64,000 bases of DNA from Phoronis australis (Eukaryota; Animalia; Phoronida): positions 450,080 through 514,079 of the forward strand of contig NMRA01000280.1 in the NCBI GenBank assembly GCA_002633005.1, given 5' to 3'. The position numbers were made by a program, and so were the translations under genes. The number at the start of each line of letters is the position of its first letter. Position 1 is the stretch's first letter. This document shows positions 60,801-64,000 of this stretch, piece by piece. A model generated the notes under the pieces. The model did no database searches. It had not been told where the DNA came from and worked only from the letters and a program-made list of their open reading frames with translations.

Positions 60801-62017
60801 TCTGACTACGAATATCCAAAAGTCGATTTTTGTCTTCTGCATTGCTTGAAGCGTTTTTCTTCTGTTTAAGCAGACTATGTATTTCTGGCCTTTGACTTCC
60901 GAGTTGTAGACAGATTTTCTGACTTTCATCCTTTGCTTATTTTTGTGAAGCAGTCTAAGCCATCAGTTTTTAGCCTGAAGGCAAAATCAAATAGCCGATT
61001 CTTGGAGCAGCAGGCTAGGGCTGTGTTCAGAGTCTGAACACCACTCTTACCACATGCTCACATTAAGCCCTTACCTCTTAACATGGAGTCCAATCACACT
61101 CCGGCAATCTTGTCGTGAACAATTTTAGTGCCAGTGGCTGAAAACGAATACTGAATTTTCCAGTAGTTTGTTGTAAGTGTCCAAGTGAGGTTTTAGCTAA
61201 GGTTACATTTTTTTTGTACACGGAACATGTTTGAAGTGCATGGTGAGAGTTGGTTTGCACCACTGAAATGTTGTATCTGGTGGATCAATCTGATGTTACC
61301 AGGGTCACTTCCAAACATGGTAAAAGATCAGGATGAGAAGTTTTGATAGATATCATGGTGTATTAAAATGAGTTCATGATCTTAACCTGTCGAATTTCGA
61401 AAAATGGTCTGGTTCAATACTTTATTATAATCATTCATTCATCATTATTAGGATGCGGTGTCATATGTTTTTAACTCTATACATACTGGCTGGAAATTCC
61501 CTAGAATTTCAGAACTCACTTCATTGTATTTCATAGTGTATGTAATAAAGGCAACATGATCTTTGTAAAGTCCTTGCCAAGTTCTGATTCTGTGTATAAA
61601 GTTAGTGTAGCGTGTTTCTTGCCAGTGATAACCTGCAGTTACTGCCCTTGGTTTTACAGGTCCTATTCCAGCAGGAGTAGAAGTCGTTCCCCAGTCAAAC
61701 GAAAACATTCCAAGTACTCTCCAGCCAGGAAGTACAAAAAAGAAAACGCTCGCTCACGCTCTACTTCCCGTGAGCGTGCTCGTGAGCGTAACTCGAGCAA
61801 AGATAAGCGTAAGAGAAAGCAGCATCGTAGTCGATCTGTGTCCAGGAGTAGAAGCCGCTCTCCAGCTTTGTCTCCTGTGAGGGGGCGAGCTAAGAAGGAC
61901 TATAAAAGCAAGAAGGACTTAAATGCGAGGTCACGCTCGCGTTCACTTGAGCGTCACAAAACAAAGAAAAATGGGCACAGGCACAGGAGCCGGTCACGCG
62001 ACCGCTACAGGAGGTGA
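48624..62017 (+). CDS. CCNL1: Cyclin L (CCNL1/CCNL2 co-ortholog; cyclin box plus RS domain), 11 coding exons, about 474 aa
   Basis: Exons 48624-48827, 51614-51688 (identical copy at 52806-52880), 53510-53619, 56296-56416, 56916-56980, 58272-58371, 58743-58847, 59447-59567, 60222-60312, 60578-60652 and 61660-62017. All GT-AG and phase-compatible (1425 nt). Motifs [70 protein letters not shown], and an RS-rich tail. Confidence 0.95.
49042..51108. mobile_element. Chapaev/CMC-like foldback element in cyclin L intron 1 (outer element of a nest)
   Basis: GAAT|CACAGGCG ... CGCCTGTG|GAAT. Long TIRs: 49042-49088 plus 50680-50780 versus 50965-51108. Confidence 0.75.
49091..50670. mobile_element. Long-TIR DNA element with an 8-bp TSD (Merlin/MULE-like), inserted in the outer element's TIR
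   Basis: TACATATT|GGTAATTGTTTACAATATGACGAC ... GTCGTCATATTGTAAACAATTACC|TACATATT. Confidence 0.8.
51614..51688 (+). CDS. CCNL1: Cyclin L exon 2 (first assembled copy)
   Basis: [25 protein letters not shown]; TTTTAG acceptor and GTATGT donor. Confidence 0.85.
52806..52880 (+). CDS. CCNL1: Cyclin L exon 2 (second identical copy, probably the other haplotype)
   Basis: Identical 75-bp exon inside the duplicate block that follows the N at 51713. Confidence 0.75.
53510..53619 (+). CDS. CCNL1: Cyclin L exon 3
   Basis: [36 protein letters not shown]; TAG acceptor and GTAAGT donor. Confidence 0.93.
56296..56416 (+). CDS. CCNL1: Cyclin L exon 4
   Basis: [40 protein letters not shown]; CAG acceptor and GTGAG donor. 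Confidence 0.93.
56916..56980 (+). CDS. CCNL1: Cyclin L exon 5
   Basis: [21 protein letters not shown](W); TAG acceptor and GTAAGT donor. Confidence 0.92.
58272..58371 (+). CDS. CCNL1: Cyclin L exon 6
   Basis: [33 protein letters not shown]; CAG acceptor and GTATGT donor. Confidence 0.93.
58743..58847 (+). CDS. CCNL1: Cyclin L exon 7
   Basis: [35 protein letters not shown]; CAG acceptor and GTAAGC donor. Confidence 0.92.
59447..59567 (+). CDS. CCNL1: Cyclin L exon 8
   Basis: [26 protein letters not shown]...TPNSTSRP; CAG acceptor and GTACGT donor. Confidence 0.88.
60222..60312 (+). CDS. CCNL1: Cyclin L exon 9
   Basis: [30 protein letters not shown]; CAG acceptor and GTAAGT donor; phases match the neighbours. 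Confidence 0.8.
60578..60652 (+). CDS. CCNL1: Cyclin L exon 10
   Basis: [25 protein letters not shown]; CAG acceptor and GTAAGT donor; phase 2 to phase 2. Confidence 0.75.
61660..62017 (+). CDS. CCNL1: Cyclin L terminal exon (RS domain)
   Basis: TTTTACAG acceptor; [17 protein letters not shown]...[10 protein letters not shown]. Confidence 0.92.
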
Positions 62018-63470
62018 TAATGACAATGTGGAAATTTATCATCATCATCATCATTGGAAATGCTCGTCTGTGCTGTATGTCAGAAGTATTGTAAGATTTT
62101 GTATAAGAAGATTTCGCTACTGTATACTGTGTAGGAGGTTACTTAACTTCTTAATGGTGCTCAAGAGTTTGGACTAAGGTTCATAGTTTAATTAGGTCTT
62201 TAGCAGTAACCTGGAAAATCTTAATTTTAAAAGGAGCAGACGTGTCCTCTATGTCATCTGATGTGCAAGAAATTCATTCATCTTAAGTTTGAGTTGATTC
62301 CTGATCATAGGGAATCCTACATTTTTTGTATCAGTTGTTTACACAGGAGAAGTGGTGATGTTATTTTTCTGGGTATTGTTTTGTATGTGTGTGTCCTGTA
62401 ACTAAAATTGATTTGTACACGTGTAAAGATTGTATTTTACCTATTGTTCAGATGTGCAGGAAAGTGTAGATTAAAATATTATTAATACAATATTCAACTT
62501 ATCAGCAATTAACATTTTATATTATTGAAATATATGCCTAAAATAAGTCAGCAGGTGTTAGTGTTGGTGTCTGGAATAAGCTCAAGTGTGCAAGAATGGG
62601 GAATGATCAAGTGCAAAGTCTCTGTATGAGCAGCTACGTACTTAGAACTGGCAGTGTGCACTGTGTTGTTAGGATTGGATGCGTTTGTATGCGCCCTTAG
62701 ATGTATGTGTGGGTGCATGTTGCCCTCATCTCTGTCCGGAGCTGTATTTTGTAAACCCCTTGCTGGATCTTAATGAGATTTGGCTGGTGTTTTCCTATGA
62801 ACCTGGCAATGGATGACAACGACTTTTGGACCGATCCGATTACCGCTCTGCCTCCTAGTGCCCGTTTTAGTTTTTACAGTTACCTCTCTATCTTAGTAAT
62901 TCTTAAATGGATTTTCATGAAATTTGACTAGATCTCAACACCTTTGAATTTTCGGAAGTCTCTGATGGTTCAGCGCTACTTAGTGGCCGTGTTTTGAATT
63001 TTCAGTCCGTTTTTTGGTGTCTGCTTTCTATTAGCCAAACCGCTTGACGGATCATTACAATCTACAAACATGGGCACGCTAGTGGGTTTATTCGTCTATC
63101 TAAAAGTGACTGCGGCCAGTTCCAATCCCGGGTTACCAGTAGGGGTTTACATAAGTGGTATCACTAATGACCTTTGTGAAGTGATGGAATTCACGAGGGA
63201 ACTTGACAAGACCACTCAAATAATCACATTCACGTTTGATAAAAATGTTAATGCAATATCGTAAATTTTAACCGTTTTTTTAACTACTGGCGGTCTTATT
63301 CACCAAAGAATAATTGATTTAAGTACACTATCCACATATAGTCCTCCGATTCTCTTGACACAATTTACGCTTTAAGGAGAAAATAGTTACAAAAATCATT
63401 ACAATAGGCAAAAAATTCACTTGATTGCCCATGTAAATATTCACAATTCCAAGTTCACGCACAGCAAGGN

Positions 63471-64000
63471 AAGTATTGTAAGATTTTGTATAAGAAGATT
63501 TCGCTACTGTATACTGTGTAGGAGGTTACTTAACTACTTAATGGTGCTCAAGAGTTTGGACTAAGGTTCATAGTTTAATTAGGTCTTTAGCAGTAACCTG
63601 GAAAATCTTAATTTTAAAAGGAGCAGACGTGTCCTCTATGTCATCTGATGTGCAAGAAATTCATTCATCTTAAGTTTGAGTTGATTCCTGATCATAGGGA
63701 ATCCTACATTTTTTGTATCAGTTGTTTACACAGGAGAAGTGGTGATGTTATTTTTCTGGGTATTGTTTTGTATGTGTGTGTCCTGTAACTAAAATTGATT
63801 TGTACACGTGTAAAGATTGTATTTTACCTATTGTTCAGATGTGCAGGAAAGTGTAGATTAAAATATTATTAATACAATATTCAACTTATCAGCAATTAAC
63901 ATTTTATATTATTGAAATATATGCCTAAAATAAGTCAGCAGGTGTTAGTGTTGGTGTCTGGAATAAGCTCAAGTGTGCAAGAATGGGGAATGATCAAGTG
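63471..64000 (+). repeat. Duplicate of the cyclin L 3' UTR (62084-62613) after the N at 63470 (probable haplotype overlap)
   Basis: Near-identical; one substitution seen (TAACTTCTTA vs TAACTACTTA). Confidence 0.85.

Overview
AT-rich, intron-containing animal (invertebrate-like) genomic DNA from a draft assembly with N gaps. Three protein-coding genes are well supported. (1) A single-cysteine-cluster Toll-like receptor with an intronless CDS (+, 17083-19698). (2) A 6-exon Cab45/SDF4 EF-hand calcium-binding protein (-, 48059 to 34892). (3) An 11-exon cyclin L (+, 48624-62017), head-to-head with SDF4 across about 560 bp. The rest is dense in transposon remnants: a decayed RNase H-bearing LINE, a THAP pseudogene, two DINE-1/HINE-like elements carrying periodic CTCF-like motifs, and MITEs with identifiable TSDs, including a three-level nest in cyclin L intron 1. 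Three duplications joined by a single N look like uncollapsed haplotypes; one of them falsely duplicates cyclin L exon 2. I found no clearly novel system. The best leads are candidate poison micro-exons in cyclin L, the CTCF-motif arrays, the divergent TIR domain and the SDF4-cyclin L linkage. All calls were made by eye, with no database search.
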